Assembly (NCBI RefSeq): GCF_009834535.1
Contig: NC_045697.1
Span: 18,168,001 to 18,232,000 of the forward strand
Direction of reading: 5' to 3'
DNA length: 64,000 nucleotides
DNA from: Camelus ferus
Lineage: Eukaryota
The notes below the pieces were generated by a model. That model had not been told where the DNA came from and searched no databases. It was given only the letters and a program-made list of their open reading frames with translations. Position numbers and translations under genes: made by a program. Below, piece after piece: positions 49,615 to 61,129 of this stretch (positions are counted from its first letter, which is position 1; each line of letters begins with the position of its first letter).

Positions 49615-50376
49615 GTGAGCACACTGCCCCTCATTCCAGACTTTCTAGGGGATGGCATCACTGTGTCCCCCCGACTCAAGGGAGGGCTCTGCGTGGAGTT
49701 TCTTTCTTGGATCTGATACGTTGCTGAAATTAGGATGCCGTTCACCCTTGAAATCTTTCTCGGTGTCGTGGGTGGGGCCCGGGAAGCAGGCACAAACTTT
49801 CATCACTTGTTTGCAAGGTCCAGTGAAAGAGCCAGCAGAGCTGGCTCAAATCCAGAGAGCTATGAGACAGGCCTTCCTTCCTGGCAGGTGCCTTATTTTC
49901 CCAGGACTCTACTGGGTCTGTCAGGATCCCTGTGGAAAAGGCTGATGAAGTTCACCCTGGTCCCTACTTCCCTCCATCTCTTGGGAAGAAAACAGGGTAC
50001 TGAATAAATGCATCACTGAGGCAACCAGTGAGGCTCCATTGGCCAAGAGGGGCTCCTGCTGAGTATGGCACCCTGGCCAATGTGAGTGTCCCCGTGAAAC
50101 CTCATGAAGTGGGGCTGAAGAAGTCTACCTCCCAGGGAAGTCATGAGGACGAGCTGAGGGGCTCTATTCATGCAGACTACACAGGGCCTGATCCTCTGCT
50201 GATGTGGCCGAGGGCGGGGTCTGTAGGGCTTCCATGCTGCCTCATCTTTCTCCAGTGCCCCTTCAGGTGGAAACAAAGGTGGAGGGTATGCAGTGCTGGG
50301 AGACCAGGACAGCAGGAAAGACAGAGGTTCTGAGTGCTCCAAGTGCTTTGTGGGAGGAAGGTTGTTCCTTAGGTGA

Positions 50377-50753
50377 TGTCTTAGTCGGTTCAGCTGCTGT
50401 AACATTCTCATAGCTTAAACAGCAGAAATCTATTTCTCCCAGTCCTGGAGACTGGGAGGGCCAAGGTCAAGGCACCAGCACGACTGGGTTCTGATGAGGC
50501 ACCCACTTCCTGGTTTACAGATGGCCACCTTCTCACTGCCCTCACATAGAGGAGGGAGTGGAGAGGAAGCAAGCTCTTTCTTCTGCGAAAGCACTAATCC
50601 ACTCATCAAGACTCCAGCCTCATGGCCTAATTACCACCCAAAGGCCTCATGTCCTAATATAATCACATTGGGGGTTAGTTTCAACACATGAATTTAGCCT
50701 GGGGCAGGGGGGAGGCGGGGAGGTATGTGGACACAAACATTCCATCTGTAACA
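50377..50753 (-). mobile_element. MLT1A-like MaLR solo LTR in intron 10
   Basis: tgtcttagtcggttcagctgctgtaaca...cttaaacagcagaaatctattt...atcacattgggggttag...cacaaacattccatctgtaaca. Confidence 0.85.
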
Positions 50754-51028
50754 GATGGGAGATGGGTTCAGCATTCAGACCTCCAGTGAACGTGTTTTTG
50801 TCTTCATAACGTATACCCACATCCTTGGTTCCACCATCTGAATATGCAAGGTGAAAGGATGCTGATAATCCAATTTACAGTTTCAGACCTCAGTGTGGTG
50901 GGGAGGCTTTTATACAACCTGTCCCCCTGGCCAGCCATGCCCCCTGGGTCCTACAGAGGTACCAGCTGGGCCTCCAGCCCATGCCTTCCCCAGGACTGTG
51001 ACACATCTTTTTATCCTCTGTCTTCCAG

Positions 51029-51145
51029 ATTTCCCTTTCCCCTTTGCCTGGTTGACTGGCTACCTGGCCATCCTCGTGGGGGCAGGCATGACCTTCATCG
51101 TTCAGAGTAGCTCCGTGTTCACATCTGCTATGACCCCGCTGATCG
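51029..51145 (+). CDS. SLC34A2: SLC34A2 exon 11 (second QSSS motif, 51103-51114)
   Basis: tgtcttccag|[44 protein letters not shown]; donor TCG|gtgagt. Confidence 0.95.
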
Positions 51146-51231
51146 GTGAGTTTCTCTCTCTGGCCACCATTACCATCTCCTGTCATCTTCTGGGGCTGAT
51201 GCTATGGGCTTTGTATTTTCACTCTCCCTAG

Positions 51232-51356
51232 GTATTGGTGTGATATCCATTGAGAGGGTATATCCACTCACACTGGGCGCCAACCTCGGCACCACCACCA
51301 CAGCCATCCTGGCCGCCTTAGCCAGCCCCGGCAGTACTTTGAGGAGCTCAATCCAG
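51232..51356 (+). CDS. SLC34A2: SLC34A2 exon 12
   Basis: ctctccctag|GTATT after an 86-bp intron; [42 protein letters not shown]; donor CAG|gtcagg. Confidence 0.95.
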
Positions 51357-51925
51357 GTCAGGAAATAACTGCATGGGGCAGGGGCTCTGTGGGTGGAATC
51401 CAACCCCATCTGTGGTCTTGCAAGCAAATGGTTTCTAACCAAGAAACCAAGCCGTGCTTTTCTCTGTTATGTCCAAAACTGTGATGTGGAGAAGTCACAG
51501 GGAGACAGATTTGAGACAAAAGTCAAAGGCATCTACTTCTTAGAGTGGTAGTCAGACTTCCATCACCAGCAGTTGTTTAAACAAAGGTGGGGGTGACCAT
51601 TTTGATAGAAGTGACAAAGGTATTCAGGAAGCATAGACACCACTTCCCATCTCCTTGCCCTTCTCTTGGTGAACTCTGCCTGGACATTGGGAGGTCATGT
51701 GTGTCCTAGGCCTGGCATTGAGAAGAATCAGGGGAACCTGCTATGCCTGGAACAACTCGGTCACCTTGCGCAAGATGACCTTTAGCATTTGAATCATTGT
51801 CCCACCATTTACACACTAAGCAACCTTAAACAGATGACCTAACCTTTGAGCATCAATTCCCTTATCTGAAAAATGGGAACCATAATCCTCATCTCAGGAT
51901 TATTATAAATGAGGCACTGTCTAAA

Positions 51926-52205
51926 GCCATGCTGTCAATAGAAATATAAAATGAGTATAGAATATATGAGCCACTCATGAAATTTGAAATTTTTTAGTGG
52001 GCACATATTTAAAAAGTAAAAAGGAACAGGGAGATTAATTTAAATAATGTACTTGATTTAACCCATTATCATTACAACATGTAACTGATCTAAAAAAGAA
52101 TGATATTTTATATTCCTTTTCGGACTAAGTCTTTGAAATCCAGTGTGTATTTTGCACTTATGCCACACCTGAATGGACAGTGGCTCATGTATCAAGACAG
52201 GGCTG
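51926..52205. mobile_element. MER33-like hAT-Charlie in intron 12
   Basis: gctgtcaatagaaatataa...ttttagtgggcacat...actaagtctttgaaatccagtgtgtattttgcactta. Confidence 0.7.
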
Positions 52206-52254
52206 GTCCAGCGCCCCCAGTGTGTTGCTCGGCACCTGGTGGGCACACATGGCC

Positions 52255-52510
52255 AAGTGAAAGTGTGTGGCCTCTGGAGCCAGGCTACCTGGCTTTGAAT
52301 CCCATCTATCACCTCCCACCTGTGTGATGCTAGGAAAATTGCTTAACCTCGTGGTGCCTCAATTTCCTCCTATGTCAAATGGGGATAACGCTGCCACCTC
52401 ATAGGATATTTTTTGACGATTGAAGTAATCCACATAAAGTGCTTGGAATACTTGCCTCGCACAGAGTAAACGCTCTACACACAGCAGCTGCTGCTGCTGT
52501 TATTTGTTAT
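52255..52510 (+). mobile_element. MIR in intron 12
   Basis: ctctggagccaggctacctggctttgaatccc...gtgcctcaatttcctc...aaagtgcttggaa. Confidence 0.75.
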
Positions 52511-52899
52511 TAACTGTGACCATCCTTACCCTTCTCTCTCCCCTCTCTAGAATAGGGCCACTGAGCCAAGAAAGCCAGCTATCATGCAAGCCTTTCCTTC
52601 TTCCCCACTAGCTCTTAACTGCTCAGCTGGAAGCAGTGGGGTCAAGGCACTGGGTGGCAAGTTCATTGCTGGATTTGGCCTAAAGGACTTCAGACCCTGA
52701 TGACTGAGCTGTGATTCAGCCGGTCACCTCCCTTGCCGTCCCTCTCATGCCCTCCAAACACATAGTAGGTAACACAGCTCCTGCTCTGGGCTGAGCTGTG
52801 AAAGCAAGGAAGACCTATGATTCTGCTACTAGATGACCCTCTCTGCGCCCCGACTCCCGAGCAGCAGACCCATTCACCCGTCAACCTTTTGTGTTTCAG

Positions 52900-53511
52900 A
52901 TTGCCCTGTGCCACTTTTTCTTCAACATCTCAGGAATCTTGCTGTGGTACCCAATCCCGTTCACCCGCCTGCCCATCCGCCTGGCCAAGGGGCTGGGCAG
53001 CATCTCCGCTAAGTACCGCTGGTTTGCCATCGTATACCTGATCATCTTATTCTTCCTGGTCCCGCTGTTAGTGTTTGGCCTCTCACTGGCTGGCTGGCCA
53101 GTGCTGGTGGGCGTGGGGGTGCCCATCATCTTCGTGATCTTGCTGGTGCTGTTCATCAGGCTCCTGCAGTCCCGCTGCCCGCGCGCCCTGCCCCGGAAGC
53201 TCCAGAACTGGGACTTCCTGCCCTTGTGGATGCACTCGCTGAAGCCCTGGGACAGGGTGATCTCCAAGCTCACCAGCTGCTGTCAGCAGCGCTGCTGCTG
53301 CTGCTGCGGCGTGTGCTGCCGCGTCTGCTGTCAGCTGTGTGGCTGCCCCAACTGCTGCCGCTGCAGCGGGTGCTGCAAGGACCTGGAGGAGGTGCAGGAT
53401 GTCCCCGTTAAGTCCCCCCAGGCTTTTGATAACATGGCCATGGACAAAGAGGCCCAGGACGGGGTCCCCAAGTCCATGGTGGATACAAAGATCACCATCA
53501 CAGCCTTGTAG
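52900..53511 (+). CDS. SLC34A2: SLC34A2 exon 13 coding part (last TM segments, Cys-rich tail, stop TAG)
   Basis: ttttgtgtttcag|[39 protein letters not shown]...CCCCC...TITAL*. Confidence 0.96.
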   Translation: MALCHFFFNISGILLWYPIPFTRLPIRLAKGLGSISAKYRWFAIVYLIILFFLVPLLVFGLSLAGWPVLVGVGVPIIFVILLVLFIRLLQSRCPRALPRKLQNWDFLPLWMHSLKPWDRVISKLTSCCQQRCCCCCGVCCRVCCQLCGCPNCCRCSGCCKDLEEVQDVPVKSPQAFDNMAMDKEAQDGVPKSMVDTKITITAL

Positions 53512-55390
53512 GGCGGGGCTGCCTGGAGGCGGGAAGAGGGTCCCACAGCCCACGCACTCATCCTCCTTCCTGGTTCTGCATGCCTTCCTCCAACTCCACC
53601 TCCATGGGGATTTGTTCCCCATCGAGAAATGACATCCGTCCTCACTCGCATTCCCTTAGCCCAGTGTATCAGCCTACACGTAGTTCCATCTCAGCCCTGC
53701 GCTCCCGCTCCCTGGGTCTTCCATACCCAGGATGGCGCAGAAACACACTGGGGAAACCTGGCCAGAGAGATGATTACAGCCACCCCTGCACACAGCCGGG
53801 CTGGTCACTGGGACTTTTTTTTTTTCATACTCAAGCCATCCTCTTCCAAAGGAAAAGCCCCAAGGAAGGAATTTATGGAAGGTTCTCAAAGGCCCATAAA
53901 TACAGATACTTTTTCTTTATCCTGATACAGCTCAGGCTTCTGACAGCTTCAGACCAATGACAGGCTTTAATAACCAAGAGCGGCTGCTCCCGGGCGTGCT
54001 TGCCCCACAGCAGCCCAGTTCAGGGGAAACTGTGTAACTGTTTGGGGACTTGGAGGAGCCTTTGCCGCTTCATGTTGCAGAGCAACGCTCCCCAAATCCC
54101 CTGTCAGGGTTTTCTCACCTGGGCAGGGATGGCCAGTCCAAGCCATTTATCTGCTGTGCCCTCTGAGTTTCCAAGATGGGAGCCACATCTGAGCTGCAGA
54201 GAGGGGTTCAGAAAGGTGCGGCTCAGTCTTCCTAAAGAGAGAGTGGTCCTGCCTGTGAGCTGGCAGATGGAAGAAGAGAGTGAGGGAGCGGTGAACATCT
54301 GGGGGAGATGGTTAATCTGGCTAATTTAGAACCAAATTGGCTGACATTTTGGCTAAAGCCTAGTGCTACTCTCTTGTTCAGATAAAAATCATCTCAGCCG
54401 AGTCTTTTGGAATAAGATATGCAGGTTCTCCGAGTCCCCTCCACTGTGCCACCTTGAATCCTAGGAGGTGCGTAAACATGGAACAGTTCTACACCTCTCT
54501 GCCGCATCGCTCCCTGTGCAGGATGACAGACTGGGTCAGCTTTTGGTGATCAGCTTCTGTCCATACACCCACCCATCTGTCCCTCCAAGCCAGAACCCGT
54601 TTTTCAAACATTCTCCCATATCCCCATAGACGAACTTTGATTTTCTGTCCTCTCACCATGCCTGCAAAGCTCAAAACTTTTCACGTGGGAAAAATCAAGG
54701 GCAGAAATCAGGGCATGACTATAGACTGCTCACAGAACCACAGAATCATCAGGTGGCAGTGGGGACTGTGTGTGTCTGTGGGTCCAAGGAGTGTGCCCCT
54801 TGTCCCAGATGCCTTCTCTGTGCCTTCTAGAGCCCCCCGTTGTATTTATACCTCCTCTTTCCATTGCTCCTTACCCTCAGTTCTCCCGGAGAGTTTCAGC
54901 TGAGTCTGGGAAAAGGTGTCAGTGCAGTTGTGTGCCAAGACCCTGCTCTCCCCTCTCCCCACCCTCGCTTCTCCATCCTTTTCACAGGTTGGGGTACCAA
55001 ACTGAGCCTCTCCTGATCTTCCTTGTATAGATATCGATTCCCAACCAGAGCCATTAATACTATATATTTATACTCATGCAACTGTACAGCATTTTTCATA
55101 AGTTATGTAGTAAATAGTACTGTGATTTGTGTTATGAAGTGCTCTCATTTGGAGACAAGGCTGGGTTCTACTAACACCACCTTTGTATATTTTGTAATTC
55201 TGCTTTTTAAATATGCTTCTCCAGCCACACCCATGCCATACACCCTGTAAATATGTAAGTTAAGCCTGGTCAGGGCTGTGGCCCTCTTTATACTCTGATT
55301 TTAAAAAATTGAATCCTTGTACCTGCATTGATTGTATTTTTTTACTGGTTGTGGGACCTGAGAAATAAACAAGATAATCAAATCCAAAAG
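53512..55390 (+). other. SLC34A2: SLC34A2 3'UTR (about 1.9 kb, end approximate)
   Basis: Repeat-poor sequence from the stop codon to the first canonical AATAAA I found. Confidence 0.7.
55364..55369 (+). terminator. Polyadenylation signal AATAAA
   Basis: AATAAA with upstream U-rich/TGTA elements and downstream GT-rich ggattggtttgctttc. Confidence 0.75.
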
Positions 55391-56311
55391 GATTGGTTTG
55401 CTTTCAGTTACAGGGAAATACAGGCCTCCTGGATCTATTTTCTAAAAATTTCAGGGCTTTTCCCTCACTGAACGTCACTACTCACCAACAGCTCCAGCTG
55501 CAGGATTTGTGGGACCCCTCATTCAAAGAGTGGGGAAAGTGCCCATTAGAGGCCCTAAGGGTATCAAGATTTCCTTTCTTCCACTGTCTCTCTCGACTCA
55601 TCTTTTAAAAAAATTGCTATTTAATGCCGTTCTAAGTTGAAAATTTTACATTTAAATCATTAGTGTGAATTTTAAGGTTCTCTTTGTATTGTGTGATGCC
55701 AGCTTTAAATGCAAGCAAGAGCTTTTTAAGTGAAATGCAGTGTTCCCGGAATTACACAACTCACATTTTGTAGCTCATAAACATATTTCGTTCCTACCAG
55801 AACCGCCGGGACACTGCACAAAACTGACTCAACTGTTTTCGTTTCTTGATGTGTGCACACTCTACAGATGCTCCCTACCTCGCTGGTGAGTAAGGAAGCA
55901 ATGAAAGGGAGAAGAACCACAGGCCGCCCTTATCTTCTGTGTCACTTCCAGCCGTGAGTGGGTTGCTAATGCAGGGAAGTAACACGAGTGACAAAGGATA
56001 TGATAGGGTTTCTCAGTCATCTCTTTTGTTGTATTTGAAGAAAATTCTGGCGTGAACGGAAAGCATGGCTTCTTGGGGTGATCAGTGGCCCCGCTCAATC
56101 AGCTGGAGACATAACACACTTGCCCTTGCTGCACCCTCACTCATCGTGGGTCTACTGGAGTTCCGTACTCATGGCGCCTGGCCAATGCCAGCTGTGAATG
56201 GGGCGGCAAAGAACCGCGGCCACACCTATGACCGTTTGCCTCTGTTCACACCCATGCTCTGTTGTCCCTTTGGAACTAACTTACAAAACTGGAAGTTAAA
56301 AGATAAAATTA

Positions 56312-56871
56312 GGTCATTTGCAGCAACATGGATGGACCAGGAGATTGTCATACTAAGTGGAGCAAGCCAGAAAGAAAGAAAAATACCAAAGGATATCACT
56401 TCTATATGGAATCTAAGAAAATGACACAAATGAACTTACTTACAAAATAAAAACAGACTCACAGACATAGAAAACAAACTATGGTTACTCGGTGAGGAAG
56501 CAAGGGTTGGGTGGAGAGATAAAGTGGGAGTTCAGGATTTGTAGACAATAGCTACTATACATAAAATAAACAAAGTGCTACTGTAGAGCACAGGGAACTA
56601 TATTCAGTGCCTTGTAATGGCCTATAATGAAAAAGAATATGAAAAGGAACATATAGATGTATAACTGAATCACTATGCTGTACAGCAGAAATTAATATAA
56701 CGTTGTAAACTGACTATATTTCAAATTTTTTTTTGATGGGGGTAGGCAATTAGGTTTATTTTTACTTATTTTTTAATGGAGGTACTGGGGATTGAACCCA
56801 GGCCCTAATGCATGCTAAGTATGCACTTTACCACTGAGCCAAATCCTTTTCCCTTATACTTCAGTTTTTTA
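56312..56871 (+). mobile_element. L1 3' end with 14-bp TSD
   Basis: catttgcagcaacatggatggacc...gtaaactgactatatttcaa; aaaagataaaatta (56298-56311) / aaaagatgaaatta (56872-56885). Confidence 0.88.
56726..56853 (-). mobile_element. tRNA-Ala-derived (Vic-1-like) SINE inserted into the L1 tail
   Basis: Poly(T), ggggtaggcaattaggttt, tggaggtactggggattgaacccagg...gcatgctaag...accactgagc; imperfect TSD tatatttcaa / tatacttcag. Confidence 0.88.
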
Positions 56872-58351
56872 AAAAGATGAAATTATGAAGAATTGCAGGA
56901 CCCTGACAGCGTTTCAGCCAAGAATGAGGCCCTTCTGGGCATTGGGGTCCTATATGACTGCATGCTCAAGCAGCTGGCCCTGCCCACCACCCCATACCAA
57001 TCAAAGTGTTAAAGAAGAGTTGATTTAAACTAAGAAATGTGTGCAAGGGGACTATAAATTGGTAGTGACTCTCTGCGGCAGCCGAAGCATGTACAGAGGG
57101 CTAGGTCAGCACCGTAGAATGATGTTCACTTGGGGACTGGGATCATTTTGGAGGGTTGGGATCCATTCCTGGCTGTGTCATTTACTAGCAAACCTATTAG
57201 CCTTTCTCAATATCAATTTCCTTATATGGAATATGGGACTTGACACTTGGCTTCCTGTGGTTATTAAAACAAGGTAATGTACGTAAATGTTTAGCCAGGG
57301 GGTGGTTTACTCTAAGTGCCTGGCATACAGTTATGCATCACAATATAGGGGACCAACATGCATGGAAGTTGTATAAGATACACGCTTGTTTGAATTTTTC
57401 TTTCCCTGAGTATTTCCAAAGTGAAATGTCAAGTCAGGAAAGCTGCTATCAACCAAAGCCACCGAGGCCAGAACTGACTTTGAATTCTTTATTAGGATGA
57501 GTTGAACTAGTGTCACCTGACTCATCTCCAGCTGGACCTAGGGTCAGTCAGAGGACAGGGCTAAGAGGCAGGCAGGGACAGGATGCCTTAGCATTTAGGA
57601 AACAAACTCTTGTCTTCTACGAATGACTCGCTTTCTGCTCCCAATCAAGGAAGTGGTAGTGGCATTGTTTTACAAGGATTTTTATGGTATTTTTTTAATC
57701 AAGCTTAAAAATGCAATAGTCCTAGAGAGTTTACAGCCGTCGACATTGTCTTTTGCCCTATCCCTCCACGTGTCTTGTCTGGTCCTCCAGAAGCAACCCT
57801 TTCCGATTCTTTTAGTGTTTCCGGAATATTGCTCCATAATCATCATATGATTATAATGGCTTTTTCTTAATGTATCTATTCACCTGTTTTTCAGTAGATG
57901 AGGTTTAGCTTTCACACAGTCTGCCCACTGATGCCCATTTTCCAAACCAGTAGTCAATATTTATATTATTGTGATTATATGATTATGATTAAACTAAATA
58001 GAACTAAATAGTAGACCAACACTATTTTCGTTCTGGAGTTATTTATATCTATGCTGTCAGATCTGTAAATATTTTTTCTTTATTGCTCCAAAGTGTCTGA
58101 TAAACTTTTGGTTTCCTTCTTTTTCTTTCTTTCTTTTTTTTTTTAAACTCTTATCTTCTTGACTCAGTATGGAATAGTGGTTCTGTGTGCCTTTCAAGCA
58201 ACTGTTATCATAGGCTTTGCCACTCTCCTAGGATGGATACCCTGTTTTCTTGAGTTTATGTTTTATTTATTTACTGTCTAATGTGCTTGGATTACCCAAA
58301 ACAGGGTAAACATTTTGAGTCCATGCATATATGAGAATTTATTTTGTCCTC

Positions 58352-58470
58352 ACAGCCCAAAAAATCCATCCCAAATTGCTGACCTACATTGTGAGCAAAT
58401 AAAATGGTGGTTGTTTTTAAGGCATTAAGTTTTGGGGTTGTTTGTCACACAGCACTATATAACTGATACA
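58352..58470 (+). mobile_element. MLT1 LTR 3' fragment
   Basis: aattgctgacc...gtgagcaaataaaatggtggttgtttttaagg...taagttttggggttgtttgtcacacagca...taactgataca. Confidence 0.75.
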
Positions 58471-59112
58471 GAACCCACCCTTCCAAAGTGTAGACTTTTT
58501 CTTAAGTCCACTGTTCTTCCTGCACCTCATTTTCAACCACCTGTCCTTCTTATCATGGCTCCTTTGGTTTAATTCCTTCAGAGAAAAAAATTTCTCCTAT
58601 CTCCTTCCTGGTGTGGTAGAGCAAACCAGGGGTGGATTATTTAATTATTAGCTTCAACTTAATGTTATTGATGTGTTGTATTAGAATAAATCATCCTCCT
58701 TGGGTACAGGCTACCATAAGCCTGTGAATAAATGGGCTAAGTTATGCTGCCATAATATAAAATTGTGCTTCTTCATTTGGCTCAGGTGAATTACATAGAT
58801 GGAGTGTTAGTGCTGAGATTTTAGCTTCACAGTCTTCAGTGGAGTCGTAGAAGTCAGTAAATAACCTCTCTTTCAGATGTTACTTGGAAGCAATTGAAAA
58901 ATAAGACAGAAGATAGAATCATGGAGATGAAAATATCCATGTCTTTACTATGGAAGCTGATTGCAAGACGTGACTCTCAGCTCTGCAAAGGAGGAAAAAG
59001 CTTGCTAACATGCCACCCTTGAATTAAACCCATTTATTCACTCGGTCACAGGCAGATGTGAATGGCACAGGTGTCCCCTATGGGGGCAGACCTGCCCTGA
59101 GGTTACAGGCAA

Positions 59113-59173
59113 ATGGGACCCTGTGGGTTCTAAAACTGAGCATGGGACCCTGTGGGTTCTAAAGCTGAGCATG
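59113..59173. repeat. 29-bp tandem duplication (2 copies, 1 mismatch)
   Basis: atgggaccctgtgggttctaaaactgagc / atgggaccctgtgggttctaaagctgagc. Confidence 0.95.
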
Positions 59174-59434
59174 TTCTGTTTCTTCTCCCAGACTCACCAG
59201 TAAGTTCAGTGGGAGGCCCATACTGTGCCTGCGTGGAGGTTCCAGGGCAGATCTAGGTTCCCTTCGAACACTCTAGTTGGGGTTGGAGAGCCACCAGCTA
59301 CAACTAACAGCAGCTGAGGCCCCTAGAGAGGTATCTCTGTGCATCAGTTCATTGTCATTGGAGCCTGAAGAGTTACTTATCTCTGCTCAGTGAAGCGGAT
59401 TCAGAGAACTTAGCTGATGGTCCCAACTGATGGA

Positions 59435-59790
59435 TTCCACACTTACATGTGGAATATAAAAAATAAAACAAACTAGTGACTATAACAACAAAAAAAACAA
59501 TCACAGATATAGAAAACAAATTAGTGGTTACCAGTGGGGAGAGGGAAGCAGGGAGGGTCATAATATGGGTAGGGTATTGATTGAAAGGCTGCAAACTACT
59601 ATGTATAAAATCAATAAGCTGCAAGGATGTATTGTTCAGTACAAGGAATCTAGCCAATATTTTATAACTATAAGTGGGGTATCATCTTTAAAAATTGTGA
59701 ATCACTATGTTGTACACCTGAAACTTATATAATAAATTATATATACTTCAATTATATAAAGGCCAATCAGATATACTTCAATTAAATACA
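59435..59790 (+). mobile_element. L1 3' end fragment
   Basis: cacttacatgtggaatataaaaaataaaac...acagatatagaaaacaaattagtggttacc...tacacctgaaactta. Confidence 0.88.
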
Positions 59791-60779
59791 ATTCACACTC
59801 AAATACATTTTTTTTAAAAGATGGTGGGATTTGAATTCAAAGCCCAAGATTCTGTCCACTGAACCATGCGCCTTGCCACTCAGTAGTCCAAGGTTACACG
59901 CACCGGAGTTGAAGTGCAAGGCGTTCTGGGGGGAAGAAGTTTAGGGAGAGCAGGTGGAAGAGTCCAGGGGTAAGAAATACAGGGCACGGGACTCAAGCCT
60001 TACCGGGTGTGATAAACACATACTGACACTCACCAGTTCCTATCTCAAACCCCCAGGGCCAGCTCCCTTGTCCTCACAGGCGCCCTGATCCTTGAGTGAA
60101 GTATGTGTGAGGCACATCGTGAGTTGAGGTAGCAAGTCACTCCCCAGATGCCCAGGGCTGAGGCAAAGGGGAAATGTTTTCTCACCACACGCCACCTCAG
60201 AAACAGACAAAAGACTTGAGACTGGCTGGTGGAGGGAGGAAGGCCTTCCTTTTCTTCCCCCTGGAGTTTCAGTCCTGAGTAGCCAATGGAGAAGCTTCGC
60301 TCAGGGGATGCTTACATCCCTGGCCCTGGTGATACCCCTGGCCCTCACCGTTCTAAAAACAGAGACGGGATCTTGTTCCTTCTTTGATCTTCCTATCACC
60401 CTCATGTTTGCTCCCCAAGAAAAATGGGAGAGGAAGGCATTAAAAATTTAGATGTGGTAGAGGGAAGAAATTATCCAGAGATCTTTTTGAGATAGAGCAG
60501 GAAGTGAGGGTAGAAGCAGGCCAAGTGGTTGGTGGCCTGGGCAGAGGCTGGGGAAGGTTGGCTGTGACCATTAACTCCTGGTTCCCACCCCCTCACACGT
60601 TTCTGTCTGGCCGGCAGCCCCCATGTTTCCTCCCTCAGGCCTAGTGAGGCGGCTTCAGTGGAACCACTGAAGAGCGAGGTAGGAGGGTCCTGCAACTGGG
60701 TCTGAGAAGAAGTGGCTGGTGGCAGCAGAGAAAACGCTGTGTCTGAGAAGAAGTGCAGTCCACTCTGCCAGCCAGGTGA

Positions 60780-61097
60780 TGTTCAAAATGTCTCACTCAC
60801 ATAGCGCTGGCTAGGAGCCAAGCTGGTGCTGTCAACCAGAGTGGCAGTTCTTGCTCATGTCGCCTCTCCATGTGGTTTGGATTTCACATAGTATGGTGAC
60901 CAGCTCGAAAAGGGAAATATGCCAAGAGTGGGAAGGAAGACACAAAAGATCTCTTAAGGTCCAGCTTTAGAAGTTAGTAGAGCATCGGTTCTGCCACATT
61001 CTGTTGCTCAAAGCAAGGCTAGTCCCAATTCAAGGGGAGAGGAATAGATTTCACCATTCCATAGGAAGAATGTCGAAGCCATCTTTAATCCACCACA
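60780..61097 (-). mobile_element. Old MLT1 MaLR LTR fragment
   Basis: gcctctccatgtgg...ttctgccacattctgttgctcaaagcaa...attcaaggggagaggaataga...gccatctttaatccaccaca. Confidence 0.7.
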
Positions 61098-61129
61098 TTG
61101 GATTTGTGATTTAAGCGATCCTAAGACTT

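Larger units (their letters stand above)
30275..55390 (+). other. SLC34A2: SLC34A2 gene span (13 exons; 688-aa NaPi-IIb sodium-dependent phosphate transporter); TSS and cleavage site approximate
   Basis: Exons translate to MAPWPE...DPWDLPEL...ERDTKGKI, two QSSS motifs, AFAGATIHD, a Cys-rich tail and C-terminal TAL. Coding exon lengths 112,135,129,144,112,196,96,121,168,117,125,612 sum to 2067 nt with consistent phases and GT-AG introns. Confidence 0.97.
55640..56981 (-). mobile_element. MER45-family hAT-Tip100 element interrupted by L1+SINE (left boundary uncertain)
   Basis: The reverse complement of 56885-56981 (cagggccagc...gcagtcatataggacccc...cagaagggcc...aattcttcataattt) matches the recalled MER45 5' end. 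Confidence 0.55.

Noticed and set aside
52896..53651. Antisense ORFs over exon 13 (poly-Ala and Gln-rich)
   Set aside because: They are shadows of a GC3-rich coding exon and its TGC repeats; there is no independent evidence of an antisense gene.
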